Under the pieces are notes generated by a model. That model saw only the letters and a program-made list of their open reading frames with translations. It was not told the DNA's origin and did no database searches. This document shows, in pieces, positions 62,671 to 64,000 of a DNA stretch of 64,000 bases. The position numbers were made by a program, and so were the translations under genes. How positions within the stretch are numbered: position 1 is the stretch's first letter; every line of letters begins with the position of its first letter. Origin of the DNA: Felis catus. Its lineage: Eukaryota. The stretch is taken from the NCBI RefSeq assembly GCF_018350175.1, contig NC_058368.1:101806001-101870000 (forward strand), written 5' to 3'.

Positions 62671-64000
62671 AAAGCTATTAAAGAAGACGCAAGTGGAAAG
62701 ACACCGTGTTTTTATGGTTTGGAAGGACAAATATTGTTCAAGTATCCCTGCCACTAAAAATGATCTGCAGATCCAGTGCCATCCCCATCAAAATCCTAGT
62801 GCCATAATTTACCAAAAAAAAAAAAAAAAGTCATATGGACTCTCAGAAAAACATGAATAGTCAAATCATTCTTGAGAAAGGAGAACAAATCTAAAGACAC
62901 CACAGTTCGTGATTTCAAAATATGTTACAAAGCTGGAGACATCACACTTCCTGATATTTCCAACTATATTTCAAAGCTACAGTAATCAAAACAGTGTGGT
63001 ACTGGCACGAAATAGACCAATGGAAAAGAACAGAGATCGCTGACATAAACCCAAGCATGAAGGGTCAGCAAAGCTCTGACAAAGGTGCCCTAAATGTACC
63101 ATGAGGAACGAACAGTCTCTTCAACAAGTGGTGCTGGGGAAATGAGACAGCCACAAGGAAGATATTGCAAATGGACCTTTATCTCACACCATATGCTAAA
63201 AACTACTCAAAATGGATTGAAGACTTAAACATATGACCTTAAATGGTTAAAATTTTGGGAAGACAACATAATGGAAAAGATTCACAACGTTGGTCTTCCC
63301 AATGCTTTCATGGATAGGACACCAAAAATAAAAATGAAAAAACATGCCCACAAAACATGGAAAATAAGAAACAAAACCAGGCAACAAAAGCAAAATGAGA
63401 CGAGGGGGACTACATCACACTATAAGGTTCTGAAGAGCAAAGGAAACAAAGAGACAAAATTTGAACAGACTTTTCTCAAAAAAAAAAAACAACCCAGCTA
63501 TAAATGGCCAAAAGCGCTATGCACAAGACTCTATAGCATGAATCATTAGGAAAACTGAAATAAAAACTGTGAGGCATCACCTCATAAGAGGTACTGGTGA
63601 GGATGTGGACGCAGTGGAACCTCTGTGTACCTTTCATAGGAATGCAAAAGGCTAAGCGGAAATCCTTCTCAAGGAATTAAAACTTTAAAAGGACTATATG
63701 ATCCGGCAATCCCCCTTCTAGATGTTTCTCCAAAAGAAGACAAAGCAGTACCTTGAAGAGATATGAGCATGCTTGTATTACGTGTAGCCCTATTCACAAT
63801 AGCCAAGACGTAAAGACCACCTGAGCACACACAAGAGATAAAATGTAGTCTAAGTAATATCAGAGAAAATGTGGCATATACACATGATGGGATACTACTC
63901 AGCCTTTCAAGAAGAAAACATGTGACAACATGATAAACCCGGAAGGACACTACGTTAAGGTATGTATGTCAGACACGGAAGGTCAGGTCCTACGTGATTC
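62671..64000 (+). mobile_element. Old L1 ORF2/3' fragment (host, part 2)
   Basis: Resumes ATTAAAGAAGACGCAAGTGGAAAGAC (the EIKED..KWKD motif) directly after the 61011 breakpoint; runs to the window end. Confidence 0.88.

Overview
Felid (cat-family) nuclear DNA, either intergenic or deep intronic. I recognise no protein-coding exon, tRNA/rRNA gene or CRISPR array, and the longer ORFs in the track come from L1, Can-SINE or microsatellite sequence. Both ends of the window are dense, nested L1 blocks (1-9.8 kb; 45.7-51 kb; 55-64 kb). About 30 felid Can-SINEs are present, many with readable target-site duplications (TSDs), plus three solo LTRs (MER34-like, LTR33/41-like, MLT1B-like), L2/MIR relics and microsatellites. 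The centre (10-45 kb) and 52.8-54.5 kb hold TE-poor stretches with enhancer-like motif clusters. The most interesting observations are a candidate L1 3' transduction trapped inside an older L1 (61012-62682), an inverted SINE-in-SINE hairpin (9325-9788), ~370-bp monomers in an L1 5'UTR, SINEs at L1 deletion junctions, a tailless U1-like fragment and a homeodomain/TALE plus NF-kB motif cluster at 31.4-31.6 kb. I found no evidence for a new biological system. Subfamily names come from remembered consensus sequences and need RepeatMasker/Dfam confirmation.
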